The position numbers and the translations under genes are program-made. Shown piece by piece: positions 37,100 through 47,462 of a stretch of DNA of 51,401 nucleotides; position 1 is the first letter of the stretch, and each line of letters begins with the position of its first letter. The notes beneath the pieces were generated by a model, which saw only the letters and a program-made list of their open reading frames with translations, ran no database searches and was not told where the DNA came from. Origin of the DNA: an uncultured Eubacteriales bacterium. GTDB lineage: Bacteria > Bacillota > Clostridia > Lachnospirales > Lachnospiraceae. The stretch lies in NCBI GenBank assembly GCA_900318695.1, contig ONLM01000205.1, positions 1 to 51,401 of the forward strand, in the 5' to 3' direction.

Positions 37100-38869
37100 T
37101 TATCGTCTGTATCGACGCCAGATAAATTTATTGAAAAATGGAAGCTGTTCCGCATCTTCCGCCGTAAAATCCTTTAAAAGATTCAAAAACACTACATAAA
37201 TCCAGGCTCCAAAGAAGATCATTGGAATTGTGCAGATCGCCTCCGCAGGCCAGATTTTTGTAACTGCTGTCGGCAAACAACGCTGCATTCCTTCTGAAAG
37301 AGCAAAAACAACTATTCCCATTACGCCTGCCGCTACAGCCGGCACGACATAGGTCCTTGCAATATCCTGCCGGAACTGTGTATGTTTATGAATTGAGAAC
37401 ATATTCATTGCGCTCATTAGTACCGCAAACAGAATATTAGCCAGAACAACTCCATAAATACCGCTGCCGGTGAACAGTAATGCAGTCAATACTATGGTAT
37501 GAAGCAGTAATGCAATCACCGAATGTACCAACGGCTTCACCAAAAAACCCAGTCCCAAAAGTATACCTGTCGTAACAACCGCAAAACTGTAGCAAATCGT
37601 TGCAGCCGAACCGATCCGAATCAGCCGAATCAAAAGCTCCATCTGCTCTCCCGGAAACAGCAGCATGACGATCGGTCTGGCTAACGCCAAAAGGCCGACA
37701 CCGGCAGGAATGGCAACCAGCATCGTTGCCCGAAGCGCATAATGGATTCCATTCTCCATTTCCTGCCGATCATACCGGTTCACCGCTCTGGTGAGTCCGG
37801 GTACAACGGCCAGAGACATGGCACTCGCCATTGCAACCGGTATGTTGAAAAGCATGTGATATTCACCATATACGCCCCACTCTGCCACCAGTTTTTCAGC
37901 AGTGCCCAAGACGTTCATGACATTACCATATAGGAAATCATCTATTACCGATGCAGAATTATAAATTACGACTGTAAATAAAAACGGCAGCAGCGTTTTC
38001 AGTAAACGCGCAAAAATGCTCCGATAATCATCCGGTTCCGTTTCGTCTCTGCGAAGCTGCCGGTTCCTGCGCCAGGCTCCCATACGATACAGCATAACAA
38101 AAAACAGAAATGCCACAAGGATTCCCGCTCCGGTTCCTACAGCCGCACCTTTTGCACCAAACGCGAATCCATAATCTGTCGTCTCATACAGACGATTGGC
38201 AATCATTCCTTTATGATAAAACAGTTTCGCAACAAGCAGCGATACAATCGCATTAACGATCTGTTCCAGTATCTGCGATACCGCCGTCGGGATCATGTCC
38301 CCGCTACCTTGAAAATACCCCCGCATCACGCTGAGATATGCCATAAGCCAAAGACTTGGTGCCAAAGCTCTCAATACAAATTTAGAAAACGGCTTCCGAA
38401 GAAGCATCGCCATTGGCTCTGCTCCAAACCACAGTATCAAAAAGAACGTTGCCCCCATAACTGTCGCATATAAAAGCGCAGCTTTCATGACCCGGGAAAT
38501 ATTCCGGTATCTGTGTGCCGTAAGATCTTCCGAAACAATCTTGGAAAGTGCTATAGGCATAGAATATGACGAAAACAAAAGCAACAGCGTATAGACAGAA
38601 AAGGCACTGGTGTAATAACCATTGCCTTCATACCCAATAATGGAAATCAAAGGAATCCGGTACATCATTCCGATTAGGCGCACAATTATACTGACTGCCG
38701 CAAGTACGACACCCTGATATACCAGCCGATATCCCAGTCCTCGCCCTGTCCGGCCTGCCGGTCTTTCTATAGTTTTCCCCTGAGCAGATCGAGATTTTAT
38801 CCGCCCCGAAGCAACTGCACGGTCTCTTCTGTGCGGCGGTCGTCTCAGATCCTTTTGTTCATTGATCAT
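37100..38869 (-). CDS. MOP-family flippase (MurJ/YtgP/SpoVB-like)
   Basis: RLIGMMYRIP, RGYFQG, SQILEQ; many TM segments; ATGA overlap with ybeY. Confidence 0.88.
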   Translation of the reverse strand: MINEQKDLRRPPHRRDRAVASGRIKSRSAQGKTIERPAGRTGRGLGYRLVYQGVVLAAVSIIVRLIGMMYRIPLISIIGYEGNGYYTSAFSVYTLLLLFSSYSMPIALSKIVSEDLTAHRYRNISRVMKAALLYATVMGATFFLILWFGAEPMAMLLRKPFSKFVLRALAPSLWLMAYLSVMRGYFQGSGDMIPTAVSQILEQIVNAIVSLLVAKLFYHKGMIANRLYETTDYGFAFGAKGAAVGTGAGILVAFLFFVMLYRMGAWRRNRQLRRDETEPDDYRSIFARLLKTLLPFLFTVVIYNSASVIDDFLYGNVMNVLGTAEKLVAEWGVYGEYHMLFNIPVAMASAMSLAVVPGLTRAVNRYDRQEMENGIHYALRATMLVAIPAGVGLLALARPIVMLLFPGEQMELLIRLIRIGSAATICYSFAVVTTGILLGLGFLVKPLVHSVIALLLHTIVLTALLFTGSGIYGVVLANILFAVLMSAMNMFSIHKHTQFRQDIARTYVVPAVAAGVMGIVVFALSEGMQRCLPTAVTKIWPAEAICTIPMIFFGAWIYVVFLNLLKDFTAEDAEQLPFFNKFIWRRYRR

Positions 38870-39360
38870 CGGAAATATCCTTTACCTTCAAGTATTTCCT
38901 TTTGCCGACGTTCCATCTCAATGCGCTCATCATCTACCATATGGTCATATCCCATAAGATGAAGCATCGAATGCGCCACCAAAAAAGCAAGCTCTCGCCG
39001 CTGCGGATGTCCATACTCCTCGGCCTGGGAAGCGATACGATCCTGATTCAGCACAATATCTCCCAGTAAAAGCTCGCCTGTATCCGGATTGAATGCATCG
39101 GCTTCGGATTCAAGAATATCGAAATCGGCCGGAGCCGGATATTCCACCATCGGGAAGGACAGAACATCTGTCGGGGCATCAATTCCTCTTGCCTCTCTGT
39201 TTAACGTATGAATTCCGTCGTTATCCGTAATCATAACGCTGACTTCGCATTCATAAGGGCATTTCTCATAATCGATTGCCGCCGCAACAATTTCCTGAAT
39301 GATTCCTTCAAAATCCAGTTCCAGTTTCTTTTCAGAATCAAATTCAATATTTACTGTCAT
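38866..39360 (-). CDS. ybeY: rRNA maturation endoribonuclease YbeY
   Basis: TDVLSFP, HSMLHLMGYDH. Confidence 0.97.
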   Translation of the reverse strand: MTVNIEFDSEKKLELDFEGIIQEIVAAAIDYEKCPYECEVSVMITDNDGIHTLNREARGIDAPTDVLSFPMVEYPAPADFDILESEADAFNPDTGELLLGDIVLNQDRIASQAEEYGHPQRRELAFLVAHSMLHLMGYDHMVDDERIEMERRQKEILEGKGYFR

Positions 39361-39371
39361 ACTTCGTCACC

Positions 39372-40403
39372 TTACTTGTGATTTTCATCACCGTATTTAC
39401 GTCCATGTTCCTTCAGACCCGCTGCCTGTCTCTTTTTCATACGCTTTTCTTCATCCTTTTCGTACGCATTTACAATACGCTGTACAAGCGGATGACGCAC
39501 TACGTCTGCACTGGTCAACTGGACGAATGATATTCCTTCTACATTCTTTAAAACACGAAGTGCATCCTCCAGACCTGACTTTTTGCCGTCTTCGAGATCC
39601 TTTTGTGTCAAATCGCCTGTAATGATTACCTTAGATCCAAATCCGATACGAGTAAGAAACATTTTCATCTGTGCCGGTGTCGTATTTTGTGCTTCATCCA
39701 GAATGATATAGGCATTGTCCAGCGTACGTCCGCGCATATATGCAAGCGGAGCAACCTCGATCAATCCCTTTTCTGCATTAGACTGATACTGTTCTGCCCC
39801 CATGATAGAATACAATGCATCATAAACCGGTCTCATATACGGATCTACTTTAGACTGCAAATCGCCCGGTAAGAATCCGAGCTTCTCTCCCGCCTCAATC
39901 GCCGGTCTGGTCAGAATGATACGCTGTACTTCCTGCTGGCGAAATGCCGTAATTGCCATGGCCATTCCCAGATAGGTCTTGCCGGTACCGGCCGGTCCGA
40001 TACCAAATGTGATCATGTTGTCACGAATCGCATCCACATATTCCTTCTGTCCCAGTGTTTTGGGCTTTACCGGCTTTCCAAGAGCGGTTCTGGCCAAAAT
40101 ATCTTTATCGATCTCCACCATTTGGTGACCGGATTGCTTTTCTGAAAAGCTGAGTGAAATCGCGTAGTCTACATTCTGCTCCGTAATAATATTTCCCCGC
40201 TTGGAAAGCTGCAGCAAATTAACAAGAACATCTCTTGCCTTCTCTGTATCTGTAGTTTCTCCAATAATTTTAAGCACTCCGTCCCGATCTATAATAGTGG
40301 TATTAAATGCCCTCTCAATTTTCTTTATATTACTGTCCAGTTGACCAATCACATTACGCTCATGCTCAACCGGTATATCCATAATTGCTTCTATTGTCGC
40401 CAT
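39372..40403 (-). CDS. phoH: PhoH family ATPase
   Basis: GPAGTGKT, RPAIEAGEKLGFLPG, DEAQN, VRHPLV. Confidence 0.95.
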   Translation of the reverse strand: MATIEAIMDIPVEHERNVIGQLDSNIKKIERAFNTTIIDRDGVLKIIGETTDTEKARDVLVNLLQLSKRGNIITEQNVDYAISLSFSEKQSGHQMVEIDKDILARTALGKPVKPKTLGQKEYVDAIRDNMITFGIGPAGTGKTYLGMAMAITAFRQQEVQRIILTRPAIEAGEKLGFLPGDLQSKVDPYMRPVYDALYSIMGAEQYQSNAEKGLIEVAPLAYMRGRTLDNAYIILDEAQNTTPAQMKMFLTRIGFGSKVIITGDLTQKDLEDGKKSGLEDALRVLKNVEGISFVQLTSADVVRHPLVQRIVNAYEKDEEKRMKKRQAAGLKEHGRKYGDENHK

Positions 40404-40460
40404 AGGCCTCCGGAATCCTGCATTAAGATCAGACAGATCTTAACAAAAAATGAAAATAAC

Positions 40461-40496
40461 AAAATTAGCCCCAATTCATTGCTGAATCAGGGCTAA
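40461..40496 (-). terminator. Terminator after rpsU
   Basis: TTAGCCC..ATTCA-TTGC-TGAAT..GGGCTAA preceded by an A-tract. Confidence 0.65.
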
Positions 40497-40510
40497 ATGA
40501 TCTTTATAGA

Positions 40511-40687
40511 TTAGTTGAACTTACGCTTTCTAGCTGCTTCAGACTTTTTCTTACGTCTTACAGATGGCTTCTCGTAATGTTCTCTCTTACGAATTTCCTG
40601 CTGGATACCGGCCTTAGCGCAATTTCTCTTAAATCTACGCAGAGCACTGTCCAGAGATTCGTTCTCTTTAACGATAACACTTGACAT
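40511..40687 (-). CDS. rpsU: 30S ribosomal protein S21
   Basis: [16 protein letters not shown]...[20 protein letters not shown]; GGAGG RBS. Confidence 0.98.
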   Translation of the reverse strand: MSSVIVKENESLDSALRRFKRNCAKAGIQQEIRKREHYEKPSVRRKKKSEAARKRKFN

Positions 40688-40727
40688 GCTGAAACCCAAA
40701 CCTCCCTTCGGGTACAAACTCTAAATT

Positions 40728-40755
40728 ATTATAACATACATTCTTTATTCGTCAA
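40728..40755 (-). promoter_or_regulatory. rpsU promoter
   Basis: TTGACG-16-TATAAT with TG extension. Confidence 0.7.
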
Positions 40756-40823
40756 GAATAATTCTGTATTTTATATCATCGGTCCGACACAGTCAAAACA
40801 ATGCCGGACTGATTTTTATACCC

Positions 40824-43508
40824 TTAGGCATTGAGCTGCTGTGCAGCAGTCTCCTTGGCAGCTGCCAATGCAGCCTCAATTCCGGAAGCATCCTTACCAC
40901 CGGCCTGAGCCATATTCGGACGTCCGCCACCGCCGCCGCCAACAAGCGGAGCAATCTGCTTGATCAGATTTCCGGCATGTGCACCCTTCTTGAGCGCGCC
41001 ATCCGTTGCCATAGCAATCATGGAAACCTTGCCATCCTTATCAGAAATCAGGACAACAACACCCTCTCCAAGCTTCTGCTTCAAATCATCACCGAGATTA
41101 CGGAGTTCATTCATATCCACTCCGGAAACATGAGCCGCAAGTACCTTCACTCCATTCAGTTCTGTTACGTTATCCATAACATTACCAAGGGCATTCTGTG
41201 CTTCCTTGCTCTTTAATGCTTCATTCTCGCTCTTAACTTCCTTGAGTTCCTTCTGAAGTGAACGAATGCGCTCTGCCAATGTTGCCGGCGTTGCCTTTAC
41301 AAGCTCTGCAGCCTCATTCATCTCTGCTTCAAGGTTTGCATAATACTTGCGTACATTGTCACCGGTAAGCGCCTCAATACGTCTTACACCGGCTGCAACA
41401 CCATTCTCGCTAAGGATCTTAAACTGACCGATCTGAAGAGTATTCTTTACATGCGTACCACCGCAAAGTTCTGTTGAAAACTCTCCCATACGTACAACAC
41501 GTACTTCGGATCCGTACTTCTCTCCGAACAGAGCCATCGCACCTGTCTTCTTGGCTTCTTCAAGACTCATGACTTCTGTGCGAACCGCAAGGCCATTGGC
41601 GATCTGCTCATTGACCATATCTTCTACCTTCTGAAGTTCTTCTCTGGTCATAGCCTGGAAATGTGAGAAATCGAATCTTGTGCGGTCTGCATCCTGATAA
41701 GAACCAGCCTGCTCTACATGTGTTCCCAGAACTTCACGAAGTGCCTTCTGCAGAAGATGTGTAGCACTATGGTTGCAGCATACAGCCATACGTCTCTTTT
41801 CATCCACTTTCAGCGTAACAACATCCGAAAGCTTGAACATACCGCTCTTTACTACACCGATATGTGCGATCTTATTGCCTGCCACATGTTCTGTAGCCTT
41901 TACTTCAAATACAGCATCGCCAAGTGTAATGACACCTGTATCACCGATCTGGCCGCCCATGGTTCCATAGAACGGAGTCTCCGCTGTAATGATTGCACCC
42001 ATCTGGCCATCACTCAATGCATCTACAACGGCATCTTCCTCATCCGAATCTGCGGAATACAATGCTGCCATTGCAACAATTTTGGAATCTGCCTCAAAGC
42101 GGTCATAGCCGATAAAGCTGCTGCTGATTTCCGGGTCAAGAGAATCATAAACTGTAGCCGCATGTCCGCTGTAATCTGCATTCTTTCCGGATTCCATACG
42201 ATCCTTACGAGCCTGCTTCTTCTGGTTTTCCATGGCAGCCTTAAAGGCTTCCTCGTCTACAGTAAAGCCCTTTTCTTCAAGGATCTCCTTTGTATTGTCC
42301 AGAGGGAATCCATATGTGTCATACAGCTTAAATGCATCTTCGCCGGAAAGCTGCTTTGCGCCCTTTGCGCTGAGCTCTGCTTCCATCTGCTCCAGAATCT
42401 CCATGCCCTGCTCATACGTCTTTTCGAACTTTGCTTCCTCTGCCTCAATCACATTCAGAATAAAGTCCTTCTTTTCTTCAAGCTCCGGGTAGCCGTCCTT
42501 AGAACCTTCGATAACATTCATTGCGAGTGTCGGAAGGAATGATCCGCCAATACCCAGCTTTCGGCCGTGGCGAACAGCTCTACGAATGATACGGCGAAGT
42601 ACATAACCTCTTCCATTGTTTGATGGCATAATACCATCTGAAATCATAAAGGTCATTGCACGTGCATGATCCGTTACAATACGTACCGATACATCGCTTT
42701 CTACGGTATCCGGCTGTTCATATGAAATACCGCCGGCAAGCTTACAAATCAGATCACGGAGACTCTTTAAAGTATCAACATCAAAGATGGATCCTACATC
42801 CTGTACTGCAACCGCAAGTCTCTCCAGACCCATACCGGTATCAATGTTCTTCTGAACAAGATCGGTATAATTACCGTTACCATCGTTATTGAACTGTGAG
42901 AAAACGACATTCCAGACTTCCATGAAACGGTCGCCTTCACCGCCCATAACGTCTTCCGGTCCATTACCGTATTTCTCACCACGATCATAATAGATCTCGG
43001 TACAAGGTCCGCAAGGTCCGGAACCATGCTCCCAGAAATTGTCCTCTTTACCGAACTTGTAGATGTGATCTGCCGGAATATGCATATCGTTCAGCCATAC
43101 ATTGTAAGACTCTTCATCATCTACATAAACAGACGGATACAGTCTGTCCGGATCCAGTCCGACACGCTCCGTAAGAAATTCCCAAGCCCATGGAATAGCT
43201 TCTTTCTTGAAATAATCTCCGAAAGAAAAGTTGCCAAGCATCTCGAAGTAGGTGCCATGACGAGCAGTCTTACCTACATTCTCAAGGTCTCCGGTACGAA
43301 TGCATTTCTGGCAAGTCGTTACTCTTCTTCTAGGTGGAATCTCCTGACCAGTAAACCATGGCTTCATTGGAGCCATTCCGGAGTTAATAATGAGCAGTGA
43401 ATTGTCATTATGAGGAACGAGTGAAAAACTGTTGAGGCGCAGGCATCCCTTTTCTTCAAAGTAGGAAAGGAAAAGCTCACGCAATTCGTTAACACCTCTA
43501 TACTGCAT
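40824..43508 (-). CDS. alaS: Alanine--tRNA ligase
   Basis: FEMLGNFSFGDYFK, IDTGMGLER, HSATH, ELCGGTH, GGGGRPNMAQAGG. Confidence 0.99.
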   Translation of the reverse strand: MQYRGVNELRELFLSYFEEKGCLRLNSFSLVPHNDNSLLIINSGMAPMKPWFTGQEIPPRRRVTTCQKCIRTGDLENVGKTARHGTYFEMLGNFSFGDYFKKEAIPWAWEFLTERVGLDPDRLYPSVYVDDEESYNVWLNDMHIPADHIYKFGKEDNFWEHGSGPCGPCTEIYYDRGEKYGNGPEDVMGGEGDRFMEVWNVVFSQFNNDGNGNYTDLVQKNIDTGMGLERLAVAVQDVGSIFDVDTLKSLRDLICKLAGGISYEQPDTVESDVSVRIVTDHARAMTFMISDGIMPSNNGRGYVLRRIIRRAVRHGRKLGIGGSFLPTLAMNVIEGSKDGYPELEEKKDFILNVIEAEEAKFEKTYEQGMEILEQMEAELSAKGAKQLSGEDAFKLYDTYGFPLDNTKEILEEKGFTVDEEAFKAAMENQKKQARKDRMESGKNADYSGHAATVYDSLDPEISSSFIGYDRFEADSKIVAMAALYSADSDEEDAVVDALSDGQMGAIITAETPFYGTMGGQIGDTGVITLGDAVFEVKATEHVAGNKIAHIGVVKSGMFKLSDVVTLKVDEKRRMAVCCNHSATHLLQKALREVLGTHVEQAGSYQDADRTRFDFSHFQAMTREELQKVEDMVNEQIANGLAVRTEVMSLEEAKKTGAMALFGEKYGSEVRVVRMGEFSTELCGGTHVKNTLQIGQFKILSENGVAAGVRRIEALTGDNVRKYYANLEAEMNEAAELVKATPATLAERIRSLQKELKEVKSENEALKSKEAQNALGNVMDNVTELNGVKVLAAHVSGVDMNELRNLGDDLKQKLGEGVVVLISDKDGKVSMIAMATDGALKKGAHAGNLIKQIAPLVGGGGGGRPNMAQAGGKDASGIEAALAAAKETAAQQLNA

Positions 43509-43581
43509 AGACGTTATCTCCTTATATATGAAACATTCCTATAAATAGTCAATATCGCGTAAAATAATAACACAACCCCTA

Positions 43582-44160
43582 TTAAGTTGCAAGATAGGCC
43601 TCATAATCTTTGAGCAAATCCACGCAGCGCTGACGTGTCACTTCTATATACCGGCTCATATAATCGATGTTTTCATCAATTCCGGTCTTTTCATCGCTGA
43701 TTTCCTTCATTGCCTCATGACTTCGCTGTTCAAGAAATAAATTCTGCTCCTCCATCAGCCGGGTCCGATCCGTATCCCGCATTCCCTCGCCGATGGCGGC
43801 AACAATCTGCTCCATTTCCGAATTCCAAAGCGATGCAAGGCTCATATACTTCTTTTTCCGTTCCGTACCTTTCCGTTCCTGACGAGAACGCTCCGTAAGA
43901 TCATCCATCGAAGCAATTTCTTCCCGAAACGTTTCCAGCCGGCTTTGGGTTTCCCGAAGTTCCGAACCACTCGCTTCTATAGGACCCGGAACAAGCAGCT
44001 GCTCTCTCGTTTCCGAGGGAGCAGCAACCATCTTTACCTTTTTTTCATAATGTCTGAAGTTTGTGTCCAGATATCCATTCACGAAAATGGTAATCACCAT
44101 CAAAGAACCGGTTAGTATCATTAAATTGCGAGTCACCCTCGGTGAAAAAAAACTTTTCAT
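43582..44160 (-). CDS. Membrane-anchored hypothetical protein, LprI/DUF1311-like C-terminus
   Basis: N-terminal TM; WNSEM...RLMEEQNLFLEQR...TRQRC resembles the DUF1311 pattern. Confidence 0.6.
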   Translation of the reverse strand: MKSFFSPRVTRNLMILTGSLMVITIFVNGYLDTNFRHYEKKVKMVAAPSETREQLLVPGPIEASGSELRETQSRLETFREEIASMDDLTERSRQERKGTERKKKYMSLASLWNSEMEQIVAAIGEGMRDTDRTRLMEEQNLFLEQRSHEAMKEISDEKTGIDENIDYMSRYIEVTRQRCVDLLKDYEAYLAT

Positions 44161-44176
44161 GAATATATCTTTTCCT

Positions 44177-45799
44177 TTATCGAATCCATTTATCGTACAG
44201 ATTCAAAATCTGATCCGTAAATTTTGCAAGATCTTTATTGGCTCCGCCATAATTTGCCTGAACAGCGGCCAGTAATTTATTGTACGCCGACATAAGCCGC
44301 TCATACGCACTGTCGCTGGCTCTTCTGCGTCCATGCATGCCCGGAATCAGATCCGACTTTACGATCTTCTTCGGTTCCGCAACCGCAATCCATTTTCCGC
44401 TCATAAGATCAAATATAGATCCGGAATACGGGCAGTCCACAGACAATCCCGTCTTTTCACGGATCAGCTGCGACAACGTTTCCATGGCCTCATCATCACC
44501 GTGCACAAGGAAAACCTTATCCGGTTTTCTTTCGTCGTATGCAGAAATCCATTCCATCAAACCATTTTGATCTGCATGCGATGACATATCCGCCATCTTC
44601 GCAATTTCCGCCCGGCAGACAATATCCTCTCCAAAGAGCCTTACACTGTCGGCTCCATCCTGCAGGATACGCCCCAGGGTTCCCTCCGCCTGGTATCCGG
44701 CAAAAACGATTGTACACTCCGGTCTCCAGAGATTGTACTTGATGTGATGACGAACACGCCCCGCATCACACATACCCGATGCCGAAATAATTACCTTCGG
44801 TTCTTCATCATAATTTATTGCCTTGGATTCATCCAAAGTTATTGCCAGATTCAGTCCCCGGAATGCAATCGGATTTACGCCTCTTTCGATTACTTCCCTA
44901 GTCTCATCATCATAACAATCCTTCAAATTTGCAGAAAAAATGTGCGTCGCTTCCACCGCAAGCGGGCTGTCCACATAAACCGGAAAATGATCATGTCCCC
45001 GGATCAGCTTCTGTTCCTTGATCTGCCGGTAAAGATACAGCAGCTCCTGCGTACGTCCTACGGCAAATGCCGGAATGATCACATTTCCTCCACGGTCCAA
45101 AGTCCTTTGCGTGATAGAAACAAGATCCGCAATATGATCCACCGACTCATCATGGAAGCGATTGCCATAGGTAGATTCCATAAGCACATAATCTGCATCA
45201 TGAATATATTCCGGGTCACGAATCAGTGGCTTATCAAAATTACCAATATCTCCCGAAAATACCAGTTTTTTCGTGATGCCCTGCTCTGTAATCCACATTT
45301 CAATAGAGGCAGAACCAAGCAAATGTCCGGCATCAATGAACCGGATTCTTATACCTTCCCCCAGTTCAACTGTTTCCCCGTAATCCACACCGCGAAAACC
45401 GGACAATGCAGACACCGCATCATTCAGATCATAGATCGGTTCAACTTTTTCCTTACCGCTTCTCTTTCCCTTTCTATTTCGGTACTCCGCTTCCTGCATT
45501 TGAATATGCGCACTGTCACGAAGCATGATTTCCGCCAACGCCTCGGTTGCCTTGGTAGTCACCACCGTTCCATGAAATCCATTTTTAAATGCATATGGAA
45601 TCATTCCCGCATGGTCAATGTGAGCATGGGTCAGCAAAATATAATCCACTTGCGCATATTTAATCGGAAGCGGTGCATTTTCATAATGATTTGCCCCCTG
45701 TTCCATGCCGCAATCCACTAGGATATTTAATCCTGCAGCTTCTACAAAATGCATGGATCCTGTAACCTCATGATCAGCCCCAAGAAAATGTATCAGCAT
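44177..45799 (-). CDS. MBL-fold beta-CASP ribonuclease
   Basis: EVTGS, THAHIDH, GHLLGS, FSGD, MESTYG, AVGRTQE, SHAD, VHG. Confidence 0.93.
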   Translation of the reverse strand: MLIHFLGADHEVTGSMHFVEAAGLNILVDCGMEQGANHYENAPLPIKYAQVDYILLTHAHIDHAGMIPYAFKNGFHGTVVTTKATEALAEIMLRDSAHIQMQEAEYRNRKGKRSGKEKVEPIYDLNDAVSALSGFRGVDYGETVELGEGIRIRFIDAGHLLGSASIEMWITEQGITKKLVFSGDIGNFDKPLIRDPEYIHDADYVLMESTYGNRFHDESVDHIADLVSITQRTLDRGGNVIIPAFAVGRTQELLYLYRQIKEQKLIRGHDHFPVYVDSPLAVEATHIFSANLKDCYDDETREVIERGVNPIAFRGLNLAITLDESKAINYDEEPKVIISASGMCDAGRVRHHIKYNLWRPECTIVFAGYQAEGTLGRILQDGADSVRLFGEDIVCRAEIAKMADMSSHADQNGLMEWISAYDERKPDKVFLVHGDDEAMETLSQLIREKTGLSVDCPYSGSIFDLMSGKWIAVAEPKKIVKSDLIPGMHGRRRASDSAYERLMSAYNKLLAAVQANYGGANKDLAKFTDQILNLYDKWIR

Positions 45800-45913
45800 A
45801 AACTCACCTCCTATATGAAAAGCATTGCAGAAAAAATTCTCAAAAACGGCAGCTTTTCTTTCCCCAAAAAATCACGCAACCGTTCTCTTAAAAAACACGT
45901 ACATAAAGAAATC

Positions 45914-45941
45914 CCCTGCTGATTCTATTATATCAGCAGGG
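45914..45941 (-). terminator. Hairpin downstream of livF
   Basis: CCCTGCTGAT-N8-ATCAGCAGGG. Confidence 0.65.
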
Positions 45942-45977
45942 TAGAGAGAATTCTATAATCGCTTCTCATAAGAACGT

Positions 45978-46691
45978 TTATTCACTGAGATATGCAGCCT
46001 TAACCTTTGGATCATTGGCCAGATCCTGTGCAGCTCCCTCGATTGTGATTTTGCCGGTTTCCAGTACATACGCCCGGTCTGCGATAGCCAGCGCCTTGTT
46101 CGCATTCTGCTCTACCAAAAGTACTGTTACTCCGGATTCGTGAATTTTTTGAATAATATCAAAAATCTCATTTACATAGATCGGAGAAAGTCCCATAGAC
46201 GGCTCGTCCAATACAATCATCTCCGGATGGCTCATCAGTGCACGTCCCATGGCAAGCATCTGCTGCTCACCTCCGGACAATGTTCCTGCCATCTGATGTT
46301 TACGTTCTTCCAGTCTCGGGAAATGCTCGTATACATCTTTCAATGTCGCTTCAACCTCATTCTTATCCGAACGGGTATATGCGCCAAGCATTAAATTCTG
46401 CAATACACTCAAAGAAGCAAAAACACGACGCCCCTCCGGTACATGCGCAAGTCCCTTGGCTACCAGTGAATGACCCGGAGTATGTGTAATATCCTTTCCA
46501 TTGTAGACAATGCTTCCGGAACGCGACGGAATCAGTCCCGTTATGGTCTGCAATGTTGTAGTCTTTCCTGCACCATTGGCACCAATCAAAGTTACAATTT
46601 CACCTTTATTTACATGGAAGGAAATTCCCTTTAACGCATGGATTACGCCATAATATACATTTAAATCCTGAACTTCTAAAATTGCACTCAT
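45978..46691 (-). CDS. livF: Branched-chain amino acid ABC transporter ATPase
   Basis: GANGAGKT, VPEGRR, LSGGEQQM, DEPSMGL. Confidence 0.95.
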   Translation of the reverse strand: MSAILEVQDLNVYYGVIHALKGISFHVNKGEIVTLIGANGAGKTTTLQTITGLIPSRSGSIVYNGKDITHTPGHSLVAKGLAHVPEGRRVFASLSVLQNLMLGAYTRSDKNEVEATLKDVYEHFPRLEERKHQMAGTLSGGEQQMLAMGRALMSHPEMIVLDEPSMGLSPIYVNEIFDIIQKIHESGVTVLLVEQNANKALAIADRAYVLETGKITIEGAAQDLANDPKVKAAYLSE

Positions 46692-46702
46692 GATCTTCCT
46701 CC

Positions 46703-47461
46703 TTAATCACCAAGATATGCTTTTATGACTTGAGGATCATGCAATACCTCCTGCGTCTCGCCCTGCTTCAGGACCTGTCCAAAATTCAATACAGTGAGAC
46801 GATCACAAATGCCGGATACCAGCTTCATATCATGTTCAATCAGAAGAATCGTCATATCAAAACGGTCACGAACCAGTCGAATCGTATTCATCAATTCTTC
46901 CGTTTCGTTCGGATTCATACCGGCAGCCGGTTCATCCAAAAGCAACAGTTTCGGATCGGTTGCCAGTGCTCTGGCAATTTCCAGCTTCCGCTGCTGGCCA
47001 TATGGAAGGTTCGATGCCTTATAATCACGAAAATTTTCCAGTTCAAAAACCTTTAAAAGCTCAATGGCCTTCTCATCCATCTGCTTTTCTACCTTATAGT
47101 ATTTCGGTGTTCTCAAAATACCATCCAAAGTTGAATATACATAATTATTATGCAACCCGGCCTTTACATTGTCGAAAACAGAAAGATTGGCAAAAAGACG
47201 AATATTCTGGAAGGTTCTGGCCACACCATGCTTATTGATTTCTTCGCAGCTTTTGCCTGTAATATTGTTTCCATCCAGTATGATCTGTCCTGATGTCGGC
47301 TTATATACTCCGGTCAATAAGTTAAATATTGTCGTTTTACCTGCACCATTCGGTCCAATCAAACCATATAATTCATTCTTCTCAATGGAAACGCTGAAAT
47401 TATCTACGGCCTTTAATCCGCCAAAGGAGATTCCCAGACCTTCTACATCCAGTAAAGCCAT
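46703..47461 (-). CDS. livG: Branched-chain amino acid ABC transporter ATPase
   Basis: GPNGAGKT, RTFQNIRLF, LPYGQQR, DEPAAG. Confidence 0.95.
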   Translation of the reverse strand: MALLDVEGLGISFGGLKAVDNFSVSIEKNELYGLIGPNGAGKTTIFNLLTGVYKPTSGQIILDGNNITGKSCEEINKHGVARTFQNIRLFANLSVFDNVKAGLHNNYVYSTLDGILRTPKYYKVEKQMDEKAIELLKVFELENFRDYKASNLPYGQQRKLEIARALATDPKLLLLDEPAAGMNPNETEELMNTIRLVRDRFDMTILLIEHDMKLVSGICDRLTVLNFGQVLKQGETQEVLHDPQVIKAYLGD

Positions 47462-47462
47462 A

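Noticed and set aside
41718-42542. 274-aa plus-strand ORF and similar antisense ORFs in mutS, mutL and mrdA
   Set aside because: Shadow ORFs opposite conserved genes.
43509-43581. T-box riboswitch upstream of alaS
   Set aside because: The intergenic region is too short and no T-box motif is visible.
44744-45721. 325-aa plus-strand ORF
   Set aside because: Antisense shadow of the beta-CASP nuclease.
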